From an uncultured bacterium (GTDB taxonomy: Bacteria; Zixibacteria; MSB-5A5; CAIYYT01), in NCBI GenBank assembly GCA_963726455.1, contig CAVSCK010000004.1:1440001-1504000 (forward strand): DNA of 64,000 nucleotides. The letters run 5' to 3'. Below are positions 20,723-30,619 of this stretch, in pieces. Within the stretch, counting starts at the first letter, position 1. Each line of letters starts with the position of its first letter. Made by a program: the position numbers and the translations under genes. The notes beneath the pieces are model-generated. The model saw only the letters and a list, made by a program, of their open reading frames with translations, was not told the DNA's origin and did not search any database.

Positions 20723-20837
20723 ACTATGTGGCTTCAAGTATAACAGCCGTAGGTGCCAAGGCGCTGTAATTCAAAGAGATAGGCGACCGGCATCAGACCC
20801 GCGCAGTCGCCATCTATCAGTGATTAATGATTTCCTG

Positions 20838-22517
20838 TCATTTCGTGTAATCGCTGCAAGTGCAATCCGGAGGTGGGATGCCATCTGGATTACCTGGCTC
20901 CGGCCCGCCGGCAAATGCGTAATTGATAATGAAGACAGGATCCGAAATGTCGACGGACCTCGAGCAGTCTGCATCCCCAGCGCCGGGCATGGGAGTTGCA
21001 CCACCGGCAAAGATGTACTGAATCAGATATACCGCATCCGATATATCTATATACCCGTCACCGTTAGCATCGCCGATAATCCAATTACAGGACCCTTCGC
21101 ATAAAGTGAAGCCCGTGCTTTTCATAACAGTGTTGGTGGGCTGGCCCGAGGCATTTGTGTATAGACATTCTGCAATAATCTCCACCCGGTAGGAATCCCA
21201 CGGCATTAACACTCCGGAATCGTTCTTGCCATCCCAGATTTTGAGATGTACACCGGAGCTATAACTGGCACTGTCCAAATGCCTGATGATTGTGCCACCC
21301 GCGTTCTTGATCGCAATGGTGACTTGACTGTACTCGGCCAGCAGAAATGTTATCTTGCTGTAGCAAACGCTGCCGCTGTCCTGCGTGTTAACAAATATAT
21401 TCGTCACGTCAGTACCGATCACGTAATGCTGCAAACCCGATTGGGTCGTCCAGTTTTCACAAATGACCATGTCACCACCGCCGAGATGACCTCCCGTGTT
21501 AGCGATGCTCACGGGATTATCAAATTGATTTGGCCCAGTGCCGGACCTACCAAACACACCGAGCGGCTGGAGATCAGAGGTAAATTTGCAGATAACATTT
21601 TCACTTGATGTGGCCCATATATGGCCGCAAGCGTCCACCTCAAGATCCGTGAAAGCGGCACACTTCGGGTTACTATATTCCATATCCCAGGCGATGCTAG
21701 AAGGCGGCGTGAATTGCAGTCTTACGATCCGCTGATTGCCAGCATCGAGAACATAGACAAAGTTGTTGTTTGCGAACCAAGTACCGTATGCATTTTGGCG
21801 AGTCTTGCCGCAGACAATCGCCCTAATATCACTGAATTGCCCGGTTCCGCTCCCGGTTGAGCCGTAATTGACTACTTGCGCGCCATTCCAGTCCCAAAAC
21901 GCATATATCTTGTCGCTCTTGCATGCCACCCACGTGTAGTAGCCGTATATGTTGGTGAACGAGCCGTTGTTGCTCACGTCCAAGTCCGTGGGCCTCCACA
22001 TGTCCGAGGTATAGTACTCCATATGGATCAGGCCTGAATCGGGAGTGGTCCATCTATACCGAAGTTTCTCGACTCTGTGGTTTCCGCGATCGGCGACGTA
22101 AACATGGTAATATGGCAAATACCAACTCGCGTCGCTCGTTTGAGAAACGACCTTCATGGCCATCGGTTCGTACAGACCTCCGACGGCGTCCCCAAACTCT
22201 CCGTACTCCCGAATTCGTGCCTGTTGGCCGATCGTCTGATCGGTGTAAATCAAGCGGTTCCAACAGGCATCCGTTTCAATATCCATCATGTGCGACAGGT
22301 TCCTGTTTGCATCTGCCACGTAAGCCAACCCAGAGGAAGTCGGCTGACAGTAGAGATCCTTATTCCACTGCGAGTTGGCAAAGCCCTTGTTCAAGACCCA
22401 GGTTTCGGGGTTGCTGAAAATCTTGTCACGAATAAGCAACTGGCCAAGAGCGGTGCAGGACGACCCCGCCAAAAGATGCGCCGCCGAGACGCAAACGACT
22501 AGCCATAGTCTGTTCAT
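20838..22517 (-). CDS. Secreted protein: NHL/beta-propeller repeats, FlgD-Ig-like domain, C-terminal dockerin-like domain
   Basis: YVADRGNHRV, GTGPNQFDNP; IWDGKNDSG; GDANGDGYIDISDAVYLIQYIF and GDADCSRSVDISDPVFIINYAF. Confidence 0.85.
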   Translation of the reverse strand: MNRLWLVVCVSAAHLLAGSSCTALGQLLIRDKIFSNPETWVLNKGFANSQWNKDLYCQPTSSGLAYVADANRNLSHMMDIETDACWNRLIYTDQTIGQQARIREYGEFGDAVGGLYEPMAMKVVSQTSDASWYLPYYHVYVADRGNHRVEKLRYRWTTPDSGLIHMEYYTSDMWRPTDLDVSNNGSFTNIYGYYTWVACKSDKIYAFWDWNGAQVVNYGSTGSGTGQFSDIRAIVCGKTRQNAYGTWFANNNFVYVLDAGNQRIVRLQFTPPSSIAWDMEYSNPKCAAFTDLEVDACGHIWATSSENVICKFTSDLQPLGVFGRSGTGPNQFDNPVSIANTGGHLGGGDMVICENWTTQSGLQHYVIGTDVTNIFVNTQDSGSVCYSKITFLLAEYSQVTIAIKNAGGTIIRHLDSASYSSGVHLKIWDGKNDSGVLMPWDSYRVEIIAECLYTNASGQPTNTVMKSTGFTLCEGSCNWIIGDANGDGYIDISDAVYLIQYIFAGGATPMPGAGDADCSRSVDISDPVFIINYAFAGGPEPGNPDGIPPPDCTCSDYTK

Positions 22518-23065
22518 CGCCCGTTCTCCGCGTTCCTCGATGTGCTTCTTCTCAGCGTCGCGAGTTCGGTATCAAGCAGAGACAGTAACCCGTTGAATTC
22601 AGCGATGCGATAACCCCGCCCATTAGCGATTAGCAGGATATGTCCCGTCGATTGTCTTGCGCCGTTTGCGAACAAGAGAAATGTGCAGGTTACTAGGCAT
22701 GTGTCGGCGTTAAACTCAAATACCGGTTCACTGATTTGAAAGTCCCAAAACGGACCGAGCTGGTCTGGAAGCGGATTATTAGCCACTATGTCACGTGATC
22801 CGATCGTTGAAACGACACCAGCCACGTGCGCATTAAATTCCACGGCGGTAGTTTGCATCCCATCAGCCACAAACGCTGAATCCACCGGAAGACTTATCCT
22901 TCCCACCTTGAGTTGTTGCATACTCTGCTCGAATTCGCTCAGCATTAGACTGGCGGATTGTTCACTGGTAACATTAAAGACACACTGGGCCACTGAGACA
23001 TTTCCCCCGCAGAATGTGACCATTGCGACGGATACATAGACTAAGAGTAACTGCTTCATCGTCAT
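22514..23065 (-). CDS. Hypothetical secreted protein
   Basis: Signal-peptide-like N-terminus; 4-bp overlaps with both neighbours. Confidence 0.7.
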   Translation of the reverse strand: MTMKQLLLVYVSVAMVTFCGGNVSVAQCVFNVTSEQSASLMLSEFEQSMQQLKVGRISLPVDSAFVADGMQTTAVEFNAHVAGVVSTIGSRDIVANNPLPDQLGPFWDFQISEPVFEFNADTCLVTCTFLLFANGARQSTGHILLIANGRGYRIAEFNGLLSLLDTELATLRRSTSRNAENGR

Positions 23066-23958
23066 TTCTCCTTGTTCATCCCCGTGCTCTGCCTGATTCT
23101 AGACAATAGCGAATGCGCCATGTCGCCCGCTTTTGTCCCCTCCTTAGTAGAGTCAATTTGCTCAAGAAACGCCCTGCAGGAATCCGCCCCCAACAAGTCC
23201 CAAATGCTGACAACAGCGCCCTTTGCCTCCTCGGAATTTGGATAGCGTCTTATCAGTTCTTTCTTGTATTCAATCGCCTTATCCATTTGACGTACGAGTC
23301 CGTTGCCGAATGATCTGCTGAGATACATCAGTATGTTAGGGCCATATACTGATCCCGGATACGCTTCAAGCAGTCCCTCGAGCCGGGGAGCCGCCTGACT
23401 CATATGCTGTATGTCGTATTGACTGCAAATGTCCCTTAACTCATCGAAGGCCTGCTTTTCCGAAGCCGTCGGGTCGATGACAGTAAACTTGAGCTCGTCA
23501 GACTTCGTATCCCTCGGATAATAAACAACTAGAGAGTATGTACCTGCCTGAAGGCCCCTAAATGCTGTTCGCATCGCCAGCCTGGACCCGAATGTGGAAT
23601 TGATGAGCCCCGTGGCCATCATGCTATCATGCGGCAGCAAAGGCCGCGTGGGCAATGGATCAGGAACGGTAGTGGTCACACTCACTTTTTCCTCAAGCTT
23701 CTCCCCTGTCGGGCCAAAGCAGGCGCAGTGCAAGAAAGTGTGCCACAGGCCGTCCTGAACGATTGCCAAAGACCTGTCTGTTCTGTTGACTACACAAAAT
23801 CGAAATGGAATTGTCTCGCCAACTAGGAAGGCCGGCTTGTCCATTTCCAAGTGCACTCTCAAAGTATCGGATTCGGACAGTGCGATGCCTGCAACCACTG
23901 TGTTATGCAAAATCGCGACCAGCAACGATACCCCCAATACTATGGTCCGTGCTCTCAT
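23062..23958 (-). CDS. Secreted Ig-like + TPR-like protein (paralog of the repeats in 25085..26875)
   Basis: Signal peptide; DKPAFLVGETI..VVN; LLEAYPGSVY; LIRRYPNS. Confidence 0.75.
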   Translation of the reverse strand: MRARTIVLGVSLLVAILHNTVVAGIALSESDTLRVHLEMDKPAFLVGETIPFRFCVVNRTDRSLAIVQDGLWHTFLHCACFGPTGEKLEEKVSVTTTVPDPLPTRPLLPHDSMMATGLINSTFGSRLAMRTAFRGLQAGTYSLVVYYPRDTKSDELKFTVIDPTASEKQAFDELRDICSQYDIQHMSQAAPRLEGLLEAYPGSVYGPNILMYLSRSFGNGLVRQMDKAIEYKKELIRRYPNSEEAKGAVVSIWDLLGADSCRAFLEQIDSTKEGTKAGDMAHSLLSRIRQSTGMNKEK

Positions 23959-23973
23959 ATTAATTCCCTCACC

Positions 23974-24750
23974 TTAGGGTTGAGCTATCTTCTTTACACG
24001 TTCCTTTAGAGAGTCCGTGCAAGCGACGCAAAAGAGATTGGAGTATTCATAATCCTGATGCCAACAACTAAGTGATAATCTGTTAAAACTCTGCTTTAGG
24101 TCCATCATCACGCACTTTTCTACATGTCCAGGCACAGTACAGCCCCTGAGGGCGTTATCGGTGGCGTTATGCCCGAGTTCGTGAACTGTGGTACCAGATA
24201 CAGCTTGGGCAATGTACGAGAATGAAAGATTGGCAAAAAGCGAGTCGATGAGGTAAACGCAAACAAATGAGGTTACTTCACCCGGAAGATCGGAGTCTAT
24301 ATGAGTAATCCCAAGTTCCCAATCGTAATCTACTGCGGGCGTGTCTGGTGAGCAGAATGACCTTATTGCCATCAAGTGCCGAGGATCGATCGCCTTTCCG
24401 TCAGAGCGAAAAGTATTGTCTTCAATATATGCAAGAAGCTCCTCATAATAGTCATATGTGCGATAGCGAATTCTCTGAACGGGAGGATTATGCACTGTAT
24501 CGACATAGACGGCCAATTGTATTCCTGGTTGACTAAACGAAGAGCGGACATGATCAAGTCCGAGCGGAATTGCATCAAGATTACCTTGACGGACATAATC
24601 GAACTTCAAAGAAGGGCTGTTGTTGGCAGGCGTACTAGGGGGAATCCACGGTGTCCAACAACTCGGCGCAGTCAACAGAAAGTAAGCTGCGGCCAAGAGC
24701 ATCGCCACATGTACAGAATTGACTGCAACCTGCCTGCGCCTAATTGTCAT
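23974..24750 (-). CDS. Putative secreted zinc metallopeptidase (HExxH)
   Basis: TTVHELGHN...GHVEKCVM (HExxH, distal His, Met-turn-like); ATG 24750 with GAGAGG RBS and hydrophobic leader. Confidence 0.6.
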   Translation of the reverse strand: MTIRRRQVAVNSVHVAMLLAAAYFLLTAPSCWTPWIPPSTPANNSPSLKFDYVRQGNLDAIPLGLDHVRSSFSQPGIQLAVYVDTVHNPPVQRIRYRTYDYYEELLAYIEDNTFRSDGKAIDPRHLMAIRSFCSPDTPAVDYDWELGITHIDSDLPGEVTSFVCVYLIDSLFANLSFSYIAQAVSGTTVHELGHNATDNALRGCTVPGHVEKCVMMDLKQSFNRLSLSCWHQDYEYSNLFCVACTDSLKERVKKIAQP

Positions 24751-24981
24751 ACCTCTCTTTTCCCCCGCGAACTGATTCAGAACTAGCCAACGACTGAACA
24801 ACTCCATCCATCCTGACATATATAAACACCCATTTGCGAGCCCGGCAAGGTGCACAAAGACCTCTGGGACATGCCGCTTGTACAATCAGCCGTAAGGAAT
24901 ATACAACCCCTCACTGTCAGATCCTGTCAGTGACTGTTCACCTTTTTTGAATTATTTTGCAGAAAGAATTCAGCGCCTGCC

Positions 24982-25055
24982 TTACGATGCCTTTTCCTCT
25001 TTCGCCTTCCCATCCTTCGTCGCATCATACGGATCAACATGGATCACCACACGCG
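24982..25055 (-). pseudogene. Orphan duplicate of the CDF transporter 3' end (VVIHVDPYDATKDGKAKEEKAS*)
   Basis: 25005..25055 matches 27047..27097 at 49/51 nt and continues in frame to TAA at 24982-24984. Confidence 0.8.
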
Positions 25056-25084
25056 GCGAAAAGCTAGCAGGTTCTCGTATCCAC

Positions 25085-26875
25085 TCAGTGCTTTATTCCC
25101 AGCGAGTCCAAACGGGCCTCGATTCCATCTTTACTTGATCCTGCCAGCTCGGGTCTGGTCAGCAAGTTCCTCGCGACTCTTGCCGCCCATCTTCCCGGTT
25201 TGTGCTGAATTACCGTCCGATAATAGGCACGATTTTCGATCTCAGTCTGATAATTGACGACTCCGCCAAAAGCGGACTGACACCACGAACTGTTTGGATA
25301 ATTGTCGATCAGTCGTTTCCAGTGTGCGATGAGTTTCTGTTCGTCATGTCGGTTTCCGTACAGGAATGTGCTCGACAACCGTGCCTGGGTTTGCGGCGCA
25401 TAGGCAGATTTCGGGAAAAGTTCGAGCAGGGTTTGCATTTTCGACAGCATGTCGTCAATCTTGTACGCGCGCTCACTTTCCAATATGGAGCGATACAATC
25501 GAAACACGTTTGCTTCCGATCCCTCCGGCTCGAGGACAGAAAAACTTACAGTGTTGGAGACGAGTCGGTCAAGGTACACAGCGTCAACTGTATAGACTCC
25601 GGGCAACTGGCCTTCAACCAGAATGTCTCTGCCATAGTCGCGTTGGTCGAAAGCGCCGCTCAGGTTTAGTATTCCCAGAAGCGTGTCGTGCGGTAGCAGC
25701 AGTTCTTGCTGACAAATCCGCCGTGTTGCGGACGTTCTCCGTAAAACCGGAATCTCGGTGCCGGAACTGTCTACAAGATGCACTTCCACGGTGTTATATA
25801 TACCAAGATCAGGTATTACCGTGTGTAACGTGTCGTCCGTGAGATTGAAGATGAACAGGTGCAGCCGGACTACTTCGCCCCTCAAATATTCGCTCTTGTC
25901 GAGACGGATTTGAAAAGCGAGCGAATCGGGCTTGCCGGCTTGTGCTTCCTTCTCCAAGACCGAACGTCTCTCGGCCGCCACGCGACCGAGGAAAGTCCCG
26001 GGATTGGCATCGGCGACTTCGAAGGTATATGCCTTGCCTTCTTCATACGACATGTTGTCAAGCGCCAGCCCAAAACAAAATGAGCTCTCCCGGTCGAACT
26101 TGTACAACTCTGCCAGTCTCCGTGCATAATCAGCGACTTTCGCTTTATCAGCCCGCAAACCCGTCTGGTAACAGGGAAAGAGCAACTGCAAGATCTTCGC
26201 AGCATAGGCGGCTGACGGATAGTTCTGCAGAAGACCTTCCATCTGGGGCGCCAAATCCCGCAAATAGCGGACTTGCTTCTTATGTGCTTCGAGCCAGGCG
26301 AAAATGGCCCTATCGTCGTCGCCCGGCTCTGTCACGCGATATTCCAAAACATTCGAGCGGGTCCTCTTATCAAGCTCAACCTGAACCGTGAATTGACCGA
26401 CCGGGTGCATGGCGAATCCGGCTAATGCCCACGCATGCGAACCGTACTTCTCCGCCAAATTGAATCCGACCATGGTGCTGTCATCTGGCAGCAGACTATC
26501 GCAGCGTGTAGCTAACTCACCTGACGACTCGATCGCGGGAAGCATCACATTTCCGTACGAGTCTCGGCAAATCGTGATCAAACGGTTGTCGCCGATGACC
26601 GGCTGCTGCACAAAGATTCTTCGGTTAGCGCGGTTCACGAGATAGATGACGAGAGAGATATCTTCGCCGGAAGTGTAAGTGCTCTTTGGCAAGAATGCAT
26701 GCATTGTCAAAGAGTCACCCGCAGCCAGGTCGCTTTCCGCGTTCGGAGTCCATGGCCGGCGAGGTTCCGCCAATGTACCATAGACCCACATTACGGCCAG
26801 AAGCATTACGACTGACGCGATGATCGCGAGAGGCTCGACACCTCTCATGCGAGTATGCTTGATCTCTTCGGACAT
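25085..26875 (-). CDS. Membrane-anchored protein with two tandem Ig-like + TPR-like repeats
   Basis: N-terminal TM; repeats KSTYTSGEDISL / KSEYLRGEVVRL, LLPDDS / LLPHDT, LLQNYPSAAYA / LLELFPKSAYA. Confidence 0.8.
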   Translation of the reverse strand: MSEEIKHTRMRGVEPLAIIASVVMLLAVMWVYGTLAEPRRPWTPNAESDLAAGDSLTMHAFLPKSTYTSGEDISLVIYLVNRANRRIFVQQPVIGDNRLITICRDSYGNVMLPAIESSGELATRCDSLLPDDSTMVGFNLAEKYGSHAWALAGFAMHPVGQFTVQVELDKRTRSNVLEYRVTEPGDDDRAIFAWLEAHKKQVRYLRDLAPQMEGLLQNYPSAAYAAKILQLLFPCYQTGLRADKAKVADYARRLAELYKFDRESSFCFGLALDNMSYEEGKAYTFEVADANPGTFLGRVAAERRSVLEKEAQAGKPDSLAFQIRLDKSEYLRGEVVRLHLFIFNLTDDTLHTVIPDLGIYNTVEVHLVDSSGTEIPVLRRTSATRRICQQELLLPHDTLLGILNLSGAFDQRDYGRDILVEGQLPGVYTVDAVYLDRLVSNTVSFSVLEPEGSEANVFRLYRSILESERAYKIDDMLSKMQTLLELFPKSAYAPQTQARLSSTFLYGNRHDEQKLIAHWKRLIDNYPNSSWCQSAFGGVVNYQTEIENRAYYRTVIQHKPGRWAARVARNLLTRPELAGSSKDGIEARLDSLGIKH

Positions 26876-27005
26876 AAGATGCCACCCATCAATTTTCAGA
26901 CGTTACACTGTTGCTACAACCTAAGTTTTCGCAGCAATCGCTGAATTCCTCTTCCCATCCTTGACAGAAAGAAGAGGGATCAAGGCCACAAACGTCGTAG
27001 CAATG

Positions 27006-27923
27006 CTAACTACCGTTCGACTTGCTGACCGAATTGCTTCTGGACTCCTTCCCATCCTTCGTCGGATCATACGGATCAACATGGATCACCACATGCGCCG
27101 GCGGGAATCGATCCATGATCTGTTTCTCCAGTTGATCCGCCACCTGGTGCGCTTCCACCAACAATGCCTCGGCGCGGAAGACGATATGAAAATCGATGTG
27201 CCGGTGGCTGCCCGATTTGCGCGTCCGCAGTTTGTGCCAGGAATATATCCGCGTTTCGCTGTCGATCATCGTCTTTATTTCCGCGATTTCCTCAGGCGGC
27301 AGACTGGTGTCCATCATTTGCCTGCCGGCCGTAACCGTCAGTTTCCAGCCGATACTGAATATCAGCATCGCCACCAAGATCGCCACGATCGGATCGATAA
27401 TATGCCAGCCGGTGATCCAGACCAGCGCCAGGCCGATCGACACGCCGAGCGACGTGTAAACATCGGTCGACAGATGATGCGCGTCCGCCTCCAGCGCCAC
27501 CGAGTCCTCTTTCTTGGCAACCCTGAATAGAAACCGCGCTACGAATGTATTCAGTACGACCGACGTCAGCATCACTGCCGTGCCCCAACCCAGATGCTGC
27601 ACCTCTCCGCCGTGAATGATTTTGCGTATCGCTTCTTCGATAATCCAGATCGCCGCGATGATGATCAATCCCGCTTCGACAACACCGGAAATACTCTCGG
27701 CCTTGCCGTGGCCGAATGGATGTTCCTCATCCGCCGGACGGTCCGAAATCCGTACTGAGAAGTAGGCAATGATCGCCGCCAGCAAGTCATTGCCAGAATG
27801 AATTGCCTCCGATATAATACTGACTGACCCGGAGAATAATCCCACCACGAGTTTCAGTATCACCAGAGTTGCGTTCGACGCCACCGAAACCAGCGCCGCC
27901 CTCATTTTGGGGGTGCTACGCAT
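27006..27923 (-). CDS. Cation diffusion facilitator family transporter (FieF-like)
   Basis: SEAIHSGND, PADEEHPFGHGKAE, LEADAHHLSTD, IHVDP. Confidence 0.93.
   Translation of the reverse strand: MRSTPKMRAALVSVASNATLVILKLVVGLFSGSVSIISEAIHSGNDLLAAIIAYFSVRISDRPADEEHPFGHGKAESISGVVEAGLIIIAAIWIIEEAIRKIIHGGEVQHLGWGTAVMLTSVVLNTFVARFLFRVAKKEDSVALEADAHHLSTDVYTSLGVSIGLALVWITGWHIIDPIVAILVAMLIFSIGWKLTVTAGRQMMDTSLPPEEIAEIKTMIDSETRIYSWHKLRTRKSGSHRHIDFHIVFRAEALLVEAHQVADQLEKQIMDRFPPAHVVIHVDPYDPTKDGKESRSNSVSKSNGS
27047..27097. repeat. 51-bp direct repeat (other copy at 25005..25055)
   Basis: ccttcccatccttcgtcg[g/c]atcatacggatcaacatggatcaccaca[t/c]gcg. Confidence 0.9.
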
Positions 27924-28275
27924 CAAACCTCGCTGCCTGTCCTCTGATACGATGGTGCATAAACGTCGAGGATGATAATTGATTCCGACGATGCGGCCAA
28001 CGGTTTTTTGCATTCACGACCGCGGCGTCGAACAGCGACACTATGATCGTCGACATATCCGAGGATGCGAAGGTCTATATCCGTCCCACAGACCGATTTC
28101 TTACTTGACTTTTAATATTCAAATAGGTACATTTTGTCAGTCAAATAGCAATCATGTCTCCTGTTCGCCACCCTGTGTGTGGTATTGTTTTTGGATGGTA
28201 TCAGGAACGACGCTGTCGTCAGCATCGTAGTTTGCGTACCCGGTTGGCCGACGATGCATGCGATTATGGGCGATC

Positions 28276-28290
28276 AGGCACGGTTACTGC
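28276..28290 (+). promoter_or_regulatory. Candidate sigma-54 (-24/-12) promoter
   Basis: AGGCACGGTTACTGC (GG-N10-GC), ~70 bp upstream of ATG 28359. Confidence 0.35.
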
Positions 28291-28358
28291 GGAAGCAGCT
28301 CTTCTGCAGCAATCACTTGTAAAGGAACTTGGCTAACAACTGAATTTTGGAGGTCATC

Positions 28359-30509
28359 ATGGCAAGATTTCTAATGCTCACTTTCCTGGCTCTCCTGACG
28401 TCGATCGCCACCTACACACAGATCATTGCCGCCGATTACAGTCCGGCAAATCTGGAACGTCTGGCAGAGCAGGGAATCTTCCCATCGCAGAACGATCCGG
28501 AAATTGATGCTGCCGAGAAGACCACCTTCTGGCCGTCGCAGATTTCTCTCACCCAGGTGGCCAGCACGGCCTGGGATTTTGTGAATCGGGCTATCATCGT
28601 CGGCAACTACTGCTACTGCTACTATCAGGAAGGCCTTCAGATTCTCGACATCACAGATCCTGCAGCGCCGGTAATTATGTCACAAGCCCGTTGTCCATCC
28701 ATGGATACCCACGGCATGGTATATTCTCAGGGTTACATATACGCGGTTGTGGGTGAGGCAAAGTCGCTAGTTGTGTTCAATGTCTCGGATCCTCTGAACT
28801 GCACACTTGCCGGAACCTACTCGACTCCCTCAATTGCCACCGACATTGTAATTTCGGGAAACTACTTGTACCTGGTCTATGGAACCAAGATAGGCGTTTA
28901 CGATATCACCGTGCCCGGATCACCGCAGTACGTAAACCAGGTCACCACGGCGTCCATTCTTTCAGGCATCTCTCTTTCCGGTGGCAATCTCCTGGCGGTC
29001 GGAACGACTACGCAGATGTTCAATCTCAATAACCCTACCAATCCGACACTGCTCGGCAGCTATCCGTACAAGGGCGGAAACAGCCGAACGACGATTGCCG
29101 GCAATTACGGATACTCGGTGGGAAATGTCTTTGGCCTGAACATTTACAGTCTCGTGAATCCGGCAATCCCGGCGCCGATCTCATTTTATCCGGCGGACAC
29201 GCCACACACCTATAGACAAGTAGCAGTTTACTCGAATCACGCGTATGCTCTGGCCTATTCAAAGTTAGATGTCGTCAGCGTCGCCAATCCCGCTTCGCCC
29301 TACTTGACCGTCTCAGTCCCCCTGAGCACCTACTCAAGGAGCGCAAACGTCGGCAACGGAAAGCTTGTGGTCGGCGATTTCTATGACGACTTGCGTTTCT
29401 TCGACGTCAGTTCGCCCGGTACGCCCAATTTGATTGGAGATTACCGTCCCTACGGTCAGGGTTGGGATGTAGCAGTAGTTGGCCATTATGCATTTGAATC
29501 AACTTTCGATGGCAAGCTGCAGGTGATCGACGTTGCCGATCCTCGATCACCGGTAGTTGTCACAGTCATGGATCTCACAGGGAGAGCCTATGAGCTCGCC
29601 GCCAAAGATGGGTACATTTACATTGCCAGCGGCCCGGACGGTGTCAGGATTGTTGATATCAGCAACCCTCTGTCGCCGCAAATCGTCGGTAATATCGCTA
29701 CACCGGCATCCGCCCAGACTATCATCATTCGGGAAAATCGCGCCTACGTAATGGGCGGCGGCTCGACGCTGCAAATCCTTGACATATCCAATCCATTGTC
29801 AGCTTCGCTGCTCGGTTCGATTGCGGCGGGTGGCAACGCGCTGAATTTCGGCATCAGTGGTAACCTTGCCTTTCTCACTCAGACAACCTTCGGCGGAGTA
29901 ATGATTGTCGATATAAGTGATCCCGCGGCCCCGACTCACGTCGGCACGTTTATGTCTTCCGGCTATTTCGAGGCAGTCGCAGCCGAAGGTAATCTCGTCT
30001 ATGCTTTCGACGATGTGGGACATTTTATCCGCGTAATTGATGTCAGCGACCCCGCTAACCCGGTTCAGGTAGGACAGGGTTCTAACTACGGTTGGCGCCA
30101 TCCTCGCAAGGCAACGAAAATTGGAAACCTCTTGTACGCTATGGATCCCACCGCGCACATTTCCGTGTTCGATGCCACCAATCCGATCAATCCGTCTTAC
30201 GCGGCAGAATGCGGATTTCAGGAGGTCTGGGTGTACGGTTTCGCGGTTACTGACAGTTTCTTATATGTCGCCGGCGACAATTCCTTCATCGTTCTCAAAC
30301 AGGAAATAGCGGCCGGTCCCGACGGCGTAGCGCCTATCGACATATCTGACGTTGTCTTCCTGATCAATTACATCTTTGGTGGCGGTCCCGCTCCCGTCCC
30401 CTTAAGCGTCGGCGATGTGGACTGCGTCAGTGGAGTGGATATCTCGGACGCTGTCTATCTGATAAACTTTATTTTTTCCGGCGGTCCCGCTCCCTGCGTC
30501 CTGAATTAA
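28359..30509 (+). CDS. Secreted LVIVD-repeat beta-propeller protein with C-terminal dockerin-like domain
   Basis: Many LQILDI(T/S)(D/N)P.SP repeats; GDVDCVSGVDISDAVYLINFIFSGGPAP; RBS GGAGG. Confidence 0.9.
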   Translation: MARFLMLTFLALLTSIATYTQIIAADYSPANLERLAEQGIFPSQNDPEIDAAEKTTFWPSQISLTQVASTAWDFVNRAIIVGNYCYCYYQEGLQILDITDPAAPVIMSQARCPSMDTHGMVYSQGYIYAVVGEAKSLVVFNVSDPLNCTLAGTYSTPSIATDIVISGNYLYLVYGTKIGVYDITVPGSPQYVNQVTTASILSGISLSGGNLLAVGTTTQMFNLNNPTNPTLLGSYPYKGGNSRTTIAGNYGYSVGNVFGLNIYSLVNPAIPAPISFYPADTPHTYRQVAVYSNHAYALAYSKLDVVSVANPASPYLTVSVPLSTYSRSANVGNGKLVVGDFYDDLRFFDVSSPGTPNLIGDYRPYGQGWDVAVVGHYAFESTFDGKLQVIDVADPRSPVVVTVMDLTGRAYELAAKDGYIYIASGPDGVRIVDISNPLSPQIVGNIATPASAQTIIIRENRAYVMGGGSTLQILDISNPLSASLLGSIAAGGNALNFGISGNLAFLTQTTFGGVMIVDISDPAAPTHVGTFMSSGYFEAVAAEGNLVYAFDDVGHFIRVIDVSDPANPVQVGQGSNYGWRHPRKATKIGNLLYAMDPTAHISVFDATNPINPSYAAECGFQEVWVYGFAVTDSFLYVAGDNSFIVLKQEIAAGPDGVAPIDISDVVFLINYIFGGGPAPVPLSVGDVDCVSGVDISDAVYLINFIFSGGPAPCVLN

Positions 30510-30547
30510 CAAGTGGACTCTGTTTGTCGTATTGAATTGCCGTTCGC

Positions 30548-30576
30548 GAGGCGCCCATAGGGCGCCTCTTTGTTTT
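30548..30576 (+). terminator. Rho-independent terminator
   Basis: GAGGCGCCC-ata-GGGCGCCTC followed by TTTGTTTT. Confidence 0.85.
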
Positions 30577-30619
30577 CTGGACTTGCGCCTCGATGTAATT
30601 CACGTATCATATTATCGCT

